A DNA stretch of 64,000 nt from Antedon mediterranea (Eukaryota > Animalia > Echinodermata): assembly GCF_964355755.1 (NCBI RefSeq), contig NC_092670.1:30802388-30866387 (forward strand), read 5' to 3'. The position numbers and the translations under genes are program-made. Every line of letters starts with the position of its first letter. Positions within the stretch are counted from its first letter, which is position 1. Positions 36,769 to 48,952 of the stretch are shown here, one piece after another. The notes below the pieces were generated by a model that saw only the letters and a list, made by a program, of their open reading frames with translations, did no database searches and was not told the origin of the DNA.

Positions 36769-39040
36769 TTAAGAAACCTCATGATTTCCATATGCCTTAA
36801 TGAATAAATGTGTTTTTAATAATTTTTTAAAAGTATCAACAGTTTGGCAAAATCTTATAGAGCTCGGTAGAGCATTCCACAGACGAGGAGCAGTAACGGA
36901 GAATGCTCTGTCACCCCATGAGTGGTGAGACTTAGGCTGATGTAGAAGCAGCGAGTCACTAGAACGCAGATTACGTCCGGGAACATACAGCCTAAGCATG
37001 TCAGAAATATACTCAGGAGCCATGCCATTTATAGACTTAAAAACAAAGAGTAATATTTTAAAAACAATGCGGTACCTAACAGGGAGCCAATGCAATATTT
37101 CCAAAGTATTTGATATGTGTCCATATCTTGGTAATTTTTTAACAACTCGTGCCGCTGTATTTTGAATCAGTTGGAGCCTGTGGAGTTGTTTTTGTGGTAG
37201 CCCGTATAGCAAAGAGTTTCCCATATCTAGTCGTGAAGTGACAAAAGCATGAACAAGTTGTTTAGCTGCTGTCTCATTTATAAACTTGCGAATCCTTCGA
37301 ATGTTTCGCAAGTGAAAAGACGACGCAGAAATAGTTTTTGAGATATGAGAAATCATAGTCATACCCACATCCATTTCAACCCCAAGATTTCTAACCTGCC
37401 TAGCCGGGTCAATTTGGGTTTCACCAATGTGAATAAAGCTTGGTGGCAGTTTTTCCAACTGCTGTTTTGATCCAAAGAGAACAAATTCTGTTTTTTCATC
37501 ATTTAATTTAAGAAAGTTGTTTTTCATCCAGACACGCAATTCATAGATCCAATGTTGGAGCAATTCCAAAGAAATGTCACTGTGTTTCATAGTAGGTTTA
37601 AAAGAAATATAAATCTGAGTATCATCAGCATAAACATGATAGCACAGATCATATTTACTTATGATATCCCGTATCGGGTGTAAATAAATAGTAAACCATT
37701 GCGGCCCAAGAACAGATCCTTGTGGTACCGAAAAATTTAGAAAAGAAGCTTTTGAAATAGCATCACCAATACATACGTGTTGAGGTCGTTTTTCCAAATA
37801 TGACCGACACCAATCAAGTGCATTTCCTTCAATACCAATATAAGTACTGAGTCTATTTAGCAACACAGAATGATCAACCGTATCAAATGCTGCACTTAAA
37901 TCTAATAATACTAGAGCAGTTAGCTTTCCATCATCCATCCCACGTAGGATGTCATTATTTACACGAAGTAATGCCGTTTCAGTACTGTGATGCGCTTTGT
38001 AGGCAGATTGATACGGATCAAGTAGGCCATGTTTTTGTACATGCGACAAAATCCGTTTAGAAACAACCTTCTCAATTATTTTTCCTAAAAAACTAAGATT
38101 CGAGATAGGTCTGTAGTTTTTCAGAATCTCGGGATCTAGACCTGTTTTTTTCAATGTGGGTCGAACATGGGTGACTTTTAGAGACTCTGGGAAAGAACCA
38201 CTTTCAAGAGACTTATTAACAATATGTGTGATTAATGGAATAAATGCAGAAGTACATTTCTTAATCAGTGAAGTTGGTACCGGGTCAAGTGCACACGATT
38301 TAGAGGGAGAATTTTTGACAATTTTTAAAATTTCCTCATCACTTGCAGGTTCGACCGTATAGACCTAGTTAAACCATAAGATATATTATATTTATCAGAA
38401 GCAGTTATAACTTCGGCAGTATTTTCATTTTCTAGTGAATCACGAATTGATTTAATTTTATTTACAAAAAACACAGAAAATCTTTCAGCAAGAGCTTCAT
38501 CGGAGACAGACGAAGGAAGGACCGATGACTTGGAGTGATGTAAAAGTTTATTTACTATATTGAAAAGTTTCTTTTGATCACCTGTGCAGTCACTAACCAG
38601 ACTAGAGTAATACCGCGTCTTGGCCTTTTCTATCAGTCCATTTACAACGCATCTTTGAACACAGTATTCCTGTCTATCCTTAAGAAGCTTTGATTTCATC
38701 CATTTACGTTCAAGTTGACGACGTACTTTCCTTTCAGATCGAATTTCATCGGTATACCACGGTTTAGCTTCCTTTTGCCTAATTGTTTTGTTCTGAACTG
38801 GCGCATGTAAATCAAGTACAGCTCTGAGATCAGAATAGCTTTCTACACTGTCTTCAAGAATTACACTTACATCGGTTATATTAGACACACAGGCTTTAAT
38901 GTCATTTGTGAATTTCTCAATATCAATTTGTTTTAGGTTGCAACTTTTTCTTACAGCTTTGTGTGTTGTGGGCCGTTTAAGATCAAACTTGCAAAATATG
39001 GCAAAATGATCTGACAGGCCAGGGTGTATCTTTACATCCC
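36769..39040 (-). pseudogene. LINE ORF2 (RT domain open; APE endonuclease mostly deleted; one frameshift)
   Basis: YRPISNLSFLGKIIEKVV, LDLSAAFDTVDH, VPQGSVLGP and YADDTQIY in ORF 36769-38154, whose frame extends upstream through SCALDPVP. Frameshift at ~38360 to ORF 38325-38888. Only the APE tail (PGLSDHFAIF) remains, at ~39000-39035. Confidence 0.9.
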
Positions 39041-40105
39041 TGCCTTGTGTGCAATGTCATCAATTTTCGCGCCTCTCATTGTCTGACAGATTACGTTCAG
39101 ATTTGTTGACCTGCTAAGTCGTTTTGGTTTAAACTGTTTTATCATCGAATCTCCAATAATCAAAATTTTTTATCTAAAGCTGTATCAGAGTGTATCTGTT
39201 TGTGTTTGTTTCTATATTGGCTTAGTTGATCCTGGTATGCAGCAGACGCAGATGATTTTGATTTGGTCAGTTTTGAAGGAGTAGAAGATGGCTGCCTGTT
39301 GGTAAGCTCCTCAAACAGATTATCAATCAATTGTTCAGTTTGTGTAATAGAATCGTTTGTGTTAGAAGAAACTTTCCTTGTTTGCGTTGTCGTAGAACTT
39401 GTGTGACTTTCCATTATTTGTTTTCTCGTCCTACGTTGTAGTTCAAAATCTGAGGTGTCGATGGCAATTTGCATTCTTTTTAGTTCATATATTTCGTCTT
39501 TAGCTATGGATAAGCTACGCTCCGTTTCTGTAACTTGTTGACGTAATGTCTTTATTTGTTCTTCTTTGTTCATTGTCCGTTTTTCCCATAACTTCCAAGA
39601 CTCAAAGTCAAGTTTCAGATTTTTGTTTTCCTTCTCCAATTTTTTCATTCTTTCATTAGATTTGTCGATCTCAGCTCTAATTTTAGAAATGTCATCATTT
39701 TTTTTTGGGACAGTGTATTTTTAGATGCCTTTGTTTCAGAGACTCAACCTCAGATTTTAGTGATTTGTTTTCTGTTCTGAGATTTTCATTTTCTGTTCTT
39801 ACAATTTGTAGCTTAAGCTCATAGTTTTCTTCCATATAGTTGACAATAATATTGTTAAACCTTTTATCAAAGGTTCCAGGATGTTGCTCATTCATTGGAG
39901 AGAATTCATCACAGATTCTTAATAAGGTTGGCGGAGAACAAGCAGTTTGTGAGTTTGGATTAGAATCCATTTTTGTTAGTGTCGGGGGAGAATCAGATAT
40001 GTCGATCCTCTCCATTTCTTTTTCCATATGTATACCATTTGTATTAGCTTGGCATTTGTATATCTTCTTTTTTTCGTTTTTCTTTTTCTGTTTCTTATCA
40101 GCCAT
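39041..40105 (-). pseudogene. LINE ORF1 remnant: coiled coil plus N-terminal part of an SGNH esterase
   Basis: Coiled-coil ORFs 39695-40105 and 39160-39648, then in a shifted frame KILIIGDSMIKQF..CQTMRGAKIDDI (GDS at 39146-39154), i.e. SGNH blocks I and II. Confidence 0.7.
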
Positions 40106-41895
40106 CGCCTAGTCGTATCAAAAAGCTATTGTAAACCGAGAGTCGATCAAGCGTGAAATTTTTTTTTTTTTTTAACTTTAGAAACTTTTTCGAAATTGCT
40201 TCCTTTTCTGTTGGTGTGTGTGTGTGTCTGTTGATCTTTTTGTGTATGTGTAGTTATATGTTTACATTTATATATATAAGTATATAATATTCTTACATGG
40301 CTTCCCAACATACAAGTTTCAATTGGATTTTTGTTTCCAATTGATCGATACTTTCTTGGTTTTTTTTGCCTCTTTCATTTTGTATATAACTGAATCATCT
40401 TTTTATACATTATGATTTACTGTATTATATCTCTAAAAAAAAAAAATAATTATTTATTTATAAAATATCAGAAATTATAATGTTTTTTTTACTCAAATAT
40501 GAATGAAAGAAATAAATGTTTATTTGAATTTGAAAAAATTTGAATTTGAAAGACCAAAAACAAAAGAAAACAAAAGATCTTGACAGTCCTTTCAGTGTTG
40601 CGTAATAGCTTGCACTGGGCGGCGATTCCTTTGATCTGACAAAAGGCGCTAAAAATACGTGTCAATCTTCTCAGTAAAATCAGTTTAAATTTGTAAAAAC
40701 AGCTAACAGAGATATTAAACTTTGATATTTCTTGTAACTAAGGTCGAGATCTTCACGATCGTTGATAAGTTGATTCTTTACAAAAAAAGTTTAATGTCAA
40801 ATATTAAAGTAGACGGAAATTATAGAATGGTCGATTCAATTTATTTGAGTAACCTACTATACGATCGGTTTTCGTGGGGGACCAACGTAACGGCTTAGCG
40901 TTACAATACACTGACTGGAGCCTACCTGATGATCAATTTGAAAAACCAAGTTTCAACACAGATTTCAACTCCGATGCAGGTTTATTTAAGTTCAGCAGTT
41001 TTCGTATGTCTTCAGTGCTATCTATATTAAAAATCCGTTGGTTAAGAACTGAGATTTTTCGATGTTTTTAGAGCAGCAGTATTAGACAATTTTAAAAACC
41101 AACCGTTGTTTCACGACAATTAGTCGCGTGGACGCGACTCAATAGTTCATTATGTCGGTCGGTCTGTAGGTTTGTCGGTCTGTCGGTCTGTCTGTCGGTC
41201 CGGTATCACTATGCGTTTTATCGTTTTTCTGTACTTTTTGAACTGTTTTGATGTACAGACAAGTTTTAACTATGTCGGTCGGTCTGTCGGTCGGTCGGTC
41301 TGTCGGGTATCACTTTGCGTTTTCTGTACTTTTTTAACTGTTTTGATGTACAGAAAAGTTTTAAAGTACATTACTTTTTGAAAGTTCATTTTTTCTGAGA
41401 GCACGCGACTTATGGCTGTTGGCCTTAATTTCAAATCTGATGCAGCCATATGACGTCTCGAAGATGGTACCTTGGTGCCAAACAATTTTCGTCGTAATAT
41501 AGCCGTGTTTGGTGTAATTTCAAAGGTCTTGACTTGGAGAATAATAATATATACAGTAAACACCTATTTTTGATATTGTAACGTCACTTCTGCTCCCCGA
41601 AATAGCAAAAAAATCACTTTGAGATTTCATAATTTACCGTAATTATGCCATTTCCGGTTATGTGACGTAACTTTTCGGAAGATAGTCGTATTTGGTAGCG
41701 AGGTTATTGATGTGTATGTGACGTTACTTCCCGTCTTATGACGTCATTACAGCTTCTTTTGCTGTACCCCGAGTATCGCACATCCGTGCTTGTTTATAAA
41801 GTACAGTGACTACTGTCGAATAAGTAGGCCTACAGCCCTCGATTTTAATTCAATTCAAGATTCAAGATATTCAAACTTCATAAAAGACGGATTTG

Positions 41896-41970
41896 ATTAT
41901 GATGAAGATGATGGTGATGATGACGATGATGATAGTGGTGATGATGATGACGGTGATAATGACGACGATT
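41896..41970. repeat. Imperfect (GAT)n microsatellite
   Basis: Run of GAT/GAC/GGT triplets. Confidence 0.85.
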
Positions 41971-42029
41971 GAAAAAAATCAATTTGAAAGCCCAATTTGT
42001 GTCTCAAGTACTTGCAACTTGTTACGTTT

Positions 42030-44066
42030 CTAACTATCCCCTGGACAATTACCACCCGTACAACTACCACCCGTACAACTACCACCCGGACAACTACCAC
42101 CCGTACAACTACCACCCGGACAACTACCACCCGTACAACTACCACCCGTACAACTACCACCCATCCAACTACCACCCGTACAACTACCACCCGTAAAACT
42201 ACCACCCGCACAACTACCACCCGTACAACTACTACCCGGACAACTACCCCCTAGGAAAACTACCCTCTAGGAGAACCACTTATGACAACTAAGATCCGGA
42301 CAACTAATCTCTAGGACAACTACCACACGGACAATTACCCCCTAGAAAACTTTCCTCTAGGACAACTACCCTCTTAGGACAACTAACACCCGGACAACTA
42401 CCCACTAGGATAACTACCGTACACCCTAGGACAACTATCCCCTAGGACAACTACCCTCTAGGACAACTACTTTTTACTACAATTGCTATGCCCCTAGGAC
42501 AACTACCCTTCCAGAACAACAACACCTTCTGAACAACCGCACCTCTAAAATATCTAATATCATGACACCTACACCGCCTTTTTTCTCACACTTTGATTAT
42601 GATCTTGTAAAACTTTCTGAACTTCAAAACATAGGGAATAGAGAGATTGATCTTAAATGAAAGTTTTGGATATTTCAATATTCGTCAGCAGTTATTTGAC
42701 ATTAAATGAGAATTGATAACACTCCAAATTATCTTAAAACGTATTCCAATCTTGAAAAATGGGGTTATTTATTCTTTCGTGACATGAAGATGCCGTATAT
42801 AAATCTAGGAACATACAGTTACCTAGCTGCACCAGTCAATCGAAAATCATAATTTAAAAAAAAAAAAAAAATTATCATCCCCTTTATATCGATATTTTGT
42901 TCTCTCTCTTCTTTTCCAAAGAGTAAGAACTTATGTCATGCTGTTCAATGATATACGTTTACTGCAAGTCCAGTAATATGGAATATTAGTTTGGCTGTTA
43001 CTACTCAGAAGAACTTGAATTATTTTTTTTAATACATTTTCTCCCCACTCCTCCTTAGAAAATAGAACAAAAAACGTGTTTAAAGAACCTAAAGAATAAT
43101 TATACCCATGATGTGTTTATGTCTAACTTAAACATTTATCCTCATTTTATTTTATTCCAATTCGTAGGCCTATTCTACAGCAAATTTATTATTCATTTTA
43201 TGTAAGTATTTCGATGTGGAGAGCCTCTCGACGGTTATTTTTATTTGTAACTTTTAGGTTATCCGGCCTCATTGACTTACTTTTGTATTGTTTTTTTGTA
43301 ATGTTCTGTATATTGGCGAAATAAATGATATGATATGATATAAAGAACCTCCTAATTTTACTTTAGATTTTACAAAGCCTACACTATTAATTAATTAATT
43401 AATTACATTAGACGATTTGAAAATAAATTTTTCTCTCTTCCCTCTCTCTCCCCTTTGAAAGGTTCATAAAAGCCTTCCTATTATGAAAATATAGCTAACT
43501 GTGCCAATTGAGGAAATCATTTGCATTCTTTTTCCCAAAAAGTTTTTTGGAAATAAAAGAATCTTAGGTACATAGGCCTACGTCAATATAATACCGGTAG
43601 AATATTTTAATAATTTCACGTCAAATATTGTAAAATGTATAATTGTGGTACACCGCTTATGTAGTCCCTCTTCACACACAATTTGATTGGTCTAGGACAA
43701 CTACCCTTTGGTCAACTAGGTCTACCACCCGGACAAACCGCTGGACAACTCCCTCTTAGGACAACTACCCCTTAGGACAATTACCCCCCTAGGACAATAC
43801 CCCCTAGGACAATTTCCCCCTAGGACAATTTCCCCCTAGGACAACAGCCCTCTAGGACAACTACCCCCTGGACAACTGCCCCTAGCTAGGACAATTATCC
43901 CTAGCTAGGACAACTACCCTCTTGGACAACTGCTCCATGTAGTCCTACAACTACCCCTAGGACAACTGTACAGCTTTTGACAACTAACGATTGGTAACCA
44001 AATTCTTGGTAATTGTCCGGGTGGGAGGGAGGTTGTCCTAGGGGAAAGTTGTCTGGGTGGTAATTT
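42030..44066 (+). mobile_element. Foldback/Mutator-like non-autonomous element, copy A (15-16-bp GGACAACTACC arrays)
   Basis: Arrays at 42040-42540 and 43692-43990, with a short inverted array at 44008-44066. The internal region 42540-43690 is homologous, in inverted orientation, to 54467-55560. Ends are approximate. Confidence 0.75.
43181..43340 (+). mobile_element. 5'-truncated LINE 3' tail inserted in foldback copy A
   Basis: Absent from copy B at the equivalent site (CTACAG..AGAACCTCC). Ends AATAAA(TGATA)3. Confidence 0.55.
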
Positions 44067-45123
44067 AAAAGCAAATCATGTGATTCATATTTCATATTTT
44101 ATTGTTTATAATTTAATATTTATCATACAAAATTAACCAAAGATTGTAGGCGGCGCTATACAATCTCTTATTTGACAAAAAAACTATAAATACAATTATT
44201 ATACGACGTTCGTACGTGCCATCATCACTACTGCACTCCACTGATCATTTTTCTATGAAGATAAGGAATACCAAGATAAGTCTGTCCGAGTTTATCAGTA
44301 ATAAATTATAATTTGAGATCCTAAATCTGACCTAGGCTAGGCCTACCTACCAGTGAGTATAATAACCTCATTAACAAAGTATATCATTGGCTTGACTCTG
44401 TAATAATAAGTATATCCACTGACTACTCGCCTCGCCTACACTGTTGTGTTGGCCTTCTCGCTAGTCTATACGGGGAACAGACGATGGTATCGGATCATCT
44501 CGGTCGCGTTTCATTTCGGTCGCGCTTCCGGTAAATCGAACTTCCGGCGATTTCTATGGAACGCCGCTCAATGCAGTACTGTACACTGTAAGCTCTAATT
44601 AAAGATCGAAGTGTAGTCTCTATTATTTTTTAGGTGTTTATTTAAAAATGATTTTATATAATTAATAATCATTATATTTAAATAAATATTGTAAAAACAG
44701 TATGTATGTTATTAATATTAGTTTAACTTTTTTTTAAATGTTTTTATAATTATATTATAAGCATTATATTTTGATATATTTTGTAAATATTCTATTTGTT
44801 TCTGACGGGAAAAATAACATACAAACTCACTTTACACTTTTGTCAATGATCATTCAATCTTTTTATTTTTAAAACAAAAACATAATTATACACAAATATT
44901 GTTTTGCATTAATGTAATGCAAAACAAACTCGTTTCACACTGTTTTTTAATTCAATCCTTTTATTTTTGAAACAAAAACGCATATACAATACAAATGTTT
45001 ACATTCATCATTCAAATTGAAACCTTTTTATTTACATCTACAAACGTTATTTAATTTATCTATTTTTTTAATCTTTTATTTATTAGCAATATTTACATCT
45101 ATCTCATCTACAAATCGCGAACA

Positions 45124-46560
45124 TCATTTGATATACAGTAACGCGCGATCCAGCGTAAGGAGCGATCTCTCTGATCGTTGGCCTGCACGATACTCGTCCC
45201 AGAGGCGTAAGAGCGTTCTAGTTGCACGTCGGTAAGCTTGTCGCTGAAGCCGGTCAACAACTTCGCGATGAACTAATTCCTTTGTGATGTGAACATTCTG
45301 ACTCTCTTCATGCAGCAGCCCGATTAAGAGGTAGAGTTGAAGTTTTGCAGAAATAACAAAAATAACGATATACTATAATTATCATGAGCAAGTTAACAAC
45401 ATAATACATAATATTAATAATTGATAAGTAATTTTCTTACCACGTCGTCCTTTTCGATTCAGTCTGTTGTGATACTGGTGTCTCGAAAACAGAGACCTCG
45501 AAAACAGAGACCAGGGTCTCTGTTTTCGAGAAAATCTCGAAAACAGAGACCCCCACTAAAACGTCTCAATATTACGTAATATAGGGGGTCTCTGTTTTCG
45601 AGATTTTCTCGAAAACAGAGACCCTGGGTCTCTGGTCTCTGTTTCCCCTATATAATACGTTATATAGGGGGTCTCTGTTCAACAGAGACCCCCACTAAAG
45701 CGTCTCAATATTACATTATATAGGGGGTCTCTATTTTCGAGAAAAACTCGAAAACAGAGACCCCCTATATAACGTATTATTTAGACGTTTTAGTGGGGGT
45801 GGAGTCCCCACTAAAACGTCTCAAGAATGACGTATCAGTAATAAACGGTAACTGATATGCCGATCAAAGAACATGCCGCAACGATAAGAAGAAATTAATG
45901 AGTTCTTGAACGCGTGTATTTTGGAATATATACAAGGTCGACGTCCTAGAAGTAAGATGTATAAATGCATGCTGTGCCTTTTAGAAGCTAAAAAGCGGGA
46001 GATTATTTAAAAAGCTGACACTAGTTTCGTAACATTTATTTACAAGCATAAAAAATAATAACGTACAATGCAATAACAAAATGATATGAGGTCAGACTTT
46101 GAGGCAGACTGGAGGATGAAGACAAATATATTGTGTTGGGCGAGCCTTAAAAAAGAAATGAATTAAAAAAAAAATAAAAAAATTGATAAATAAATAAACA
46201 TAAATTCACGGTTTTTGCGATAAAAGTTGGGTGTTAATAATTTATGACCAAGCTTGGTGGGTATTTGCAACACTCTTAATAAACAGGGATTATATTAGGG
46301 GGTCTCGGGAAATCTCGAAAAAAGAGACCCCCAATATAATGATACGTTTTAGTGGGGGTCTCTGTTTTCGAATTTTTCTCAAAAACAGAGACCCCCTATA
46401 TAACGTAATATTGACTTAATATTGAGACGTTTTAGTGGGGTCTCTGTTTTCGAGATTTTGTCGAAAACAGAGACCCTGTGTCTCGGGTCTCTGTTTTCGA
46501 GGTCTCTGTTTTCGAGACACCTGTTGTGATACCCCTCAAGGTCGCTGTTGGTCCTCTATG
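45124..46560 (-). pseudogene. MULE transposase C-terminal remnant with a spliceosomal intron
   Basis: Removing the inner insertion gives [19 protein letters not shown] (the RTNN..EG.H.RLN motif), a GTAAG donor at 45440, a mutated acceptor (CTG) at 45348, and a last exon 45347-45124 [31 protein letters not shown]..LL. Confidence 0.75.
45475..46523. mobile_element. Innermost foldback element (CTCGAAAACAGAGAC repeats)
   Basis: GGTGTCTCGAAAACAGAGACC ... GGTCTCTGTTTTCGAGACACC TIRs with many internal inverted subrepeats. Duplicated target with core TTGTGATA (8 to 12 bp, ambiguous). Confidence 0.85.
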
Positions 46561-47603
46561 TTGTTGGGACAATATGGTTTCATTCTAATTCAATAGCACG
46601 AGACATAATGCGACACGTCAATGCATTATGCTTTTAAAAAATGTTACATTACATACATAATCGTAATAATATCTTTCAGTGCAATATAGTGTATAAAAAA
46701 GCTCAGTAAATTCTCTCACTGATTTTAACTGGCACCAAACAAATATTCCCAATTTATTCATTCATAATTATTAACATATTGGAGTCGTCTTCGTAAGCTA
46801 CTTGTTGTGTCCTTAAAATATAGATAAACATTGTTACAAATGCAAACATGTTTATAAATTCGAACTGCACGTACCGAGTGCTGAAAGAGAGTTAAATCGG
46901 ACAGTTAAGTCTCAATCCTACAATAGCATCCATTTTCGTATGCTTTATGCATAATTGACGCGCCATACACCACGATCAATATTGTTGAAAATTGACCTTA
47001 ATTGACACGCGACCGAAATGAAACGCGACCGAGATGATCGTAATTCCAGACGATCGGGACCACGGACGACCGATCGTCCAGTGTTTTCAGAACCACGTTG
47101 GGCCCGATCGTCTTACCAGTTGGTCCCGATCGTCTTAGCGTTGGGCCCGATAGTCTTTTGTGTTATACAAAATAATGTGCCACATTTCATCATTTTTCCG
47201 CTAGTGCTCAGTGTCAACGTGCTTTTCTTGCGTACTTAAGATTTTAATTTAAAAGTAATAAATTATATTTTTTCTGATTTTATCATAATTTTACCCTATT
47301 TTCCCACAACTGGTTTTAAGAATTTCTTACCAATACTCTCGATTTATGAATAAATGTGATTGATTTTGATTGTTATTATTGTGTTGTTTGTATTCGCGTA
47401 TTTATTTATTTTTTATTTTCCCGAGAATGTTTTGGGCCCGATCGTCTTGTTTGTTGGGCCCGGTCGTCTGGGCCCGATCGTCTCTGGGCCCGATCGTCTT
47501 TCACCCTTGATAGTCTCACGAATTGGGCCCGATTGTCTTGAAGTGGGCCCGATCGTCTGGGCCCGGTCGTCCGTGGTCCCGATCGTCTGATAACCGTCTA
47601 TAC

Positions 47604-47890
47604 TAGGCTAGGGAGGCCTAGGCTAGGCTTAGATTAGGTCTAGGCTAGGCCTCCTCCAAGCCTAGGCTATAGGGTTTATATTTTGACTCAAAATCTTAGG
47701 CCTAGTTATTTATAATTAAGTAACAAACTAGACTTTAATTAATTCTGACATTTAATTTTTTAAAACATGCAGACGCAGTGCTACACATACTGTACAAAAA
47801 TACGATCACAAAACGTTTATGTAGGGCCCTAGGCCTAGGCTAGCCCTATGCCTAGGCTAGCCCTATGCCTATTATACAGGCTATAGGCCT
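47604..47890. repeat. TAGGC/CCTAGG low-complexity tract
   Basis: Dense TAGGCTAGG and GCCTAGG words, with a short tandem duplication of CCTAGGCTAGCCCTATG. Confidence 0.6.
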
Positions 47891-48026
47891 ACCCTTGTCA
47901 TCCTCCTATGACCCGATGCATCAGTACGCATTATAAAATATTAACAGTAACTGTTGTGTGTAGGCCACCTATGTGTGTGTATTATGTGTCGTAGAATAAT
48001 ATTAATATATTGTCGAAATAGACTAA

Positions 48027-48952
48027 CGCCCGTATTCTTAAACCGGACTTTAGTCGTAGTTCGAAGTTCGACTTGGAAAAGTCGTAGTTCGAGCTATTAC
48101 TTCAAATTCGATTCAAAAACGAAGTATCGAAGTTTGCAGTTCGACTTAATGAAGTCAAGCTTTTAGTCGAGTTGCACACGTCTGGGTAACAAAGGCTATA
48201 CATTGGCCAATGACAAGAGAGTATTTGAGGAGCAGACGAAATTTTTCGCATTGATATCACTTTCCATTTCTTACAACACTTTTTACGCATCAGGACTATA
48301 TACATGAAAAATAATTTTAATCGTTAATTATTAGAACAATATCAGTATTAATTTAACAGTGAAGTATATTTGATTAACAACAAATAAAATCTTTAAAATA
48401 GATTTAGGAACCATGGCGGTACGGTAACTTTTATATTTTCTAGGCCCCCAACAAAGTATGATCGCCACGAACCACGCACTTCATAGCGTGACAAGAAAGC
48501 GCTAGGCCCCCTAAACATTCCATCGCGTGGTGAATTGCCGCATCTCCCATTGTCGCTATGGCGTGACGTAGCTCAAGTCGGACTTGCGCGAAGAAAATAA
48601 TGTAATTTGTATACAGTTGTAAATAAAGATGATTTTCATTATTATAATTTATACCAATGTATATTTAATTAAGCTAATATAAATATAGATATTTCATTCT
48701 TCAATATCTGGCCAATATAACAACTCAATGACTGTTACGTTTTTTATAAACATCGTTTAAAAACCATTTAGTCGACCATTTAGTCTGCCCCCTCCAGGAC
48801 TAAAAAAATCGATCAAAATCCGTCTCGATTTAGTCGAGGTTGGCCTGATTTAGTCGGTGATTTAGTTGAAGTTCGGTTTATGAATTAAAATGACGTCATT
48901 TTTTTAGTTTTAGCTCGAACTACGACTAAAGTCCGGTTTAAGAATACGGGCG
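48027..48952. mobile_element. PIF/Harbinger-like MITE
   Basis: ~38-bp perfect TIR CGCCCGTATTCTTAAACCGGACTTTAGTCGTAGTTCGA, TSD TAA (48024-48026 / 48953-48955). Confidence 0.88.

Larger units (their letters stand above)
36455..41114 (-). mobile_element. L2/CR1-group LINE, apparently full span but internally deleted
   Basis: (TAT)n tail and GCGCCTTGAGCAC..GCGCTATAAAAAT 3' end at 36455-36515, ORF2 RT and ORF1. The host array resumes at GACAAT (41115) with an 8-bp target deletion and no TSD. Confidence 0.85.
36068..41426 (+). mobile_element. Inner HINE/DINE-1-like element with a 131-bp tandem array, split by a LINE
   Basis: Units starting TAGTCGCGT(GG)ACGCGACT at 36068, 36199, 36330 and 41121, each with a (GTCG/GTCT) microsatellite. 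3' end GCACGCGACTTATGGCTGTTGGCCTT at 41401-41426. Confidence 0.75.
35740..41792 (+). mobile_element. Outer Helentron-associated (HINE-like) element hosting nested insertions
   Basis: 5' subTIR TACTCGAGGTAC with hairpin (ACTCG/CGAGT) and a pyrimidine microsatellite. 3' subTIR GTACCCCGAGTA (41764-41775), hairpin GCAC-ATCC-GTGC, then TTG. T-rich flanks, no TSD. Confidence 0.7.
44486..47046 (-). mobile_element. Mutator (MULE) deletion derivative
   Basis: Perfect 32-bp IR GATCATCTCGGTCGCGTTTCATTTCGGTCGCG (44493-44524 / 47008-47039), TSD CAGACGAT (44478-44485 / 47047-47054), and a transposase remnant inside. Confidence 0.85.
44472..47595. mobile_element. Outer Mutator-like non-autonomous element (GGGCCCGATCGTCT repeats)
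   Basis: TSD GTCTATAC (44464-44471 / 47596-47603). The reconstructed left end GGGGAACAGACGATCGGGACCACGGACGACCG matches the reverse complement of the right end, GGTTATCAGACGATCGGGACCACGGACGACCG. Confidence 0.8.

Noticed and set aside
41790-41972. Asp-rich ORF
   Set aside because: Produced by the (GAT)n microsatellite.
41897-42254. ORFs with (TTTTR)n, (VVVVR)n and (YNYHP)n repeats
   Set aside because: They are translations of the 15-bp foldback tandem array, not genes.
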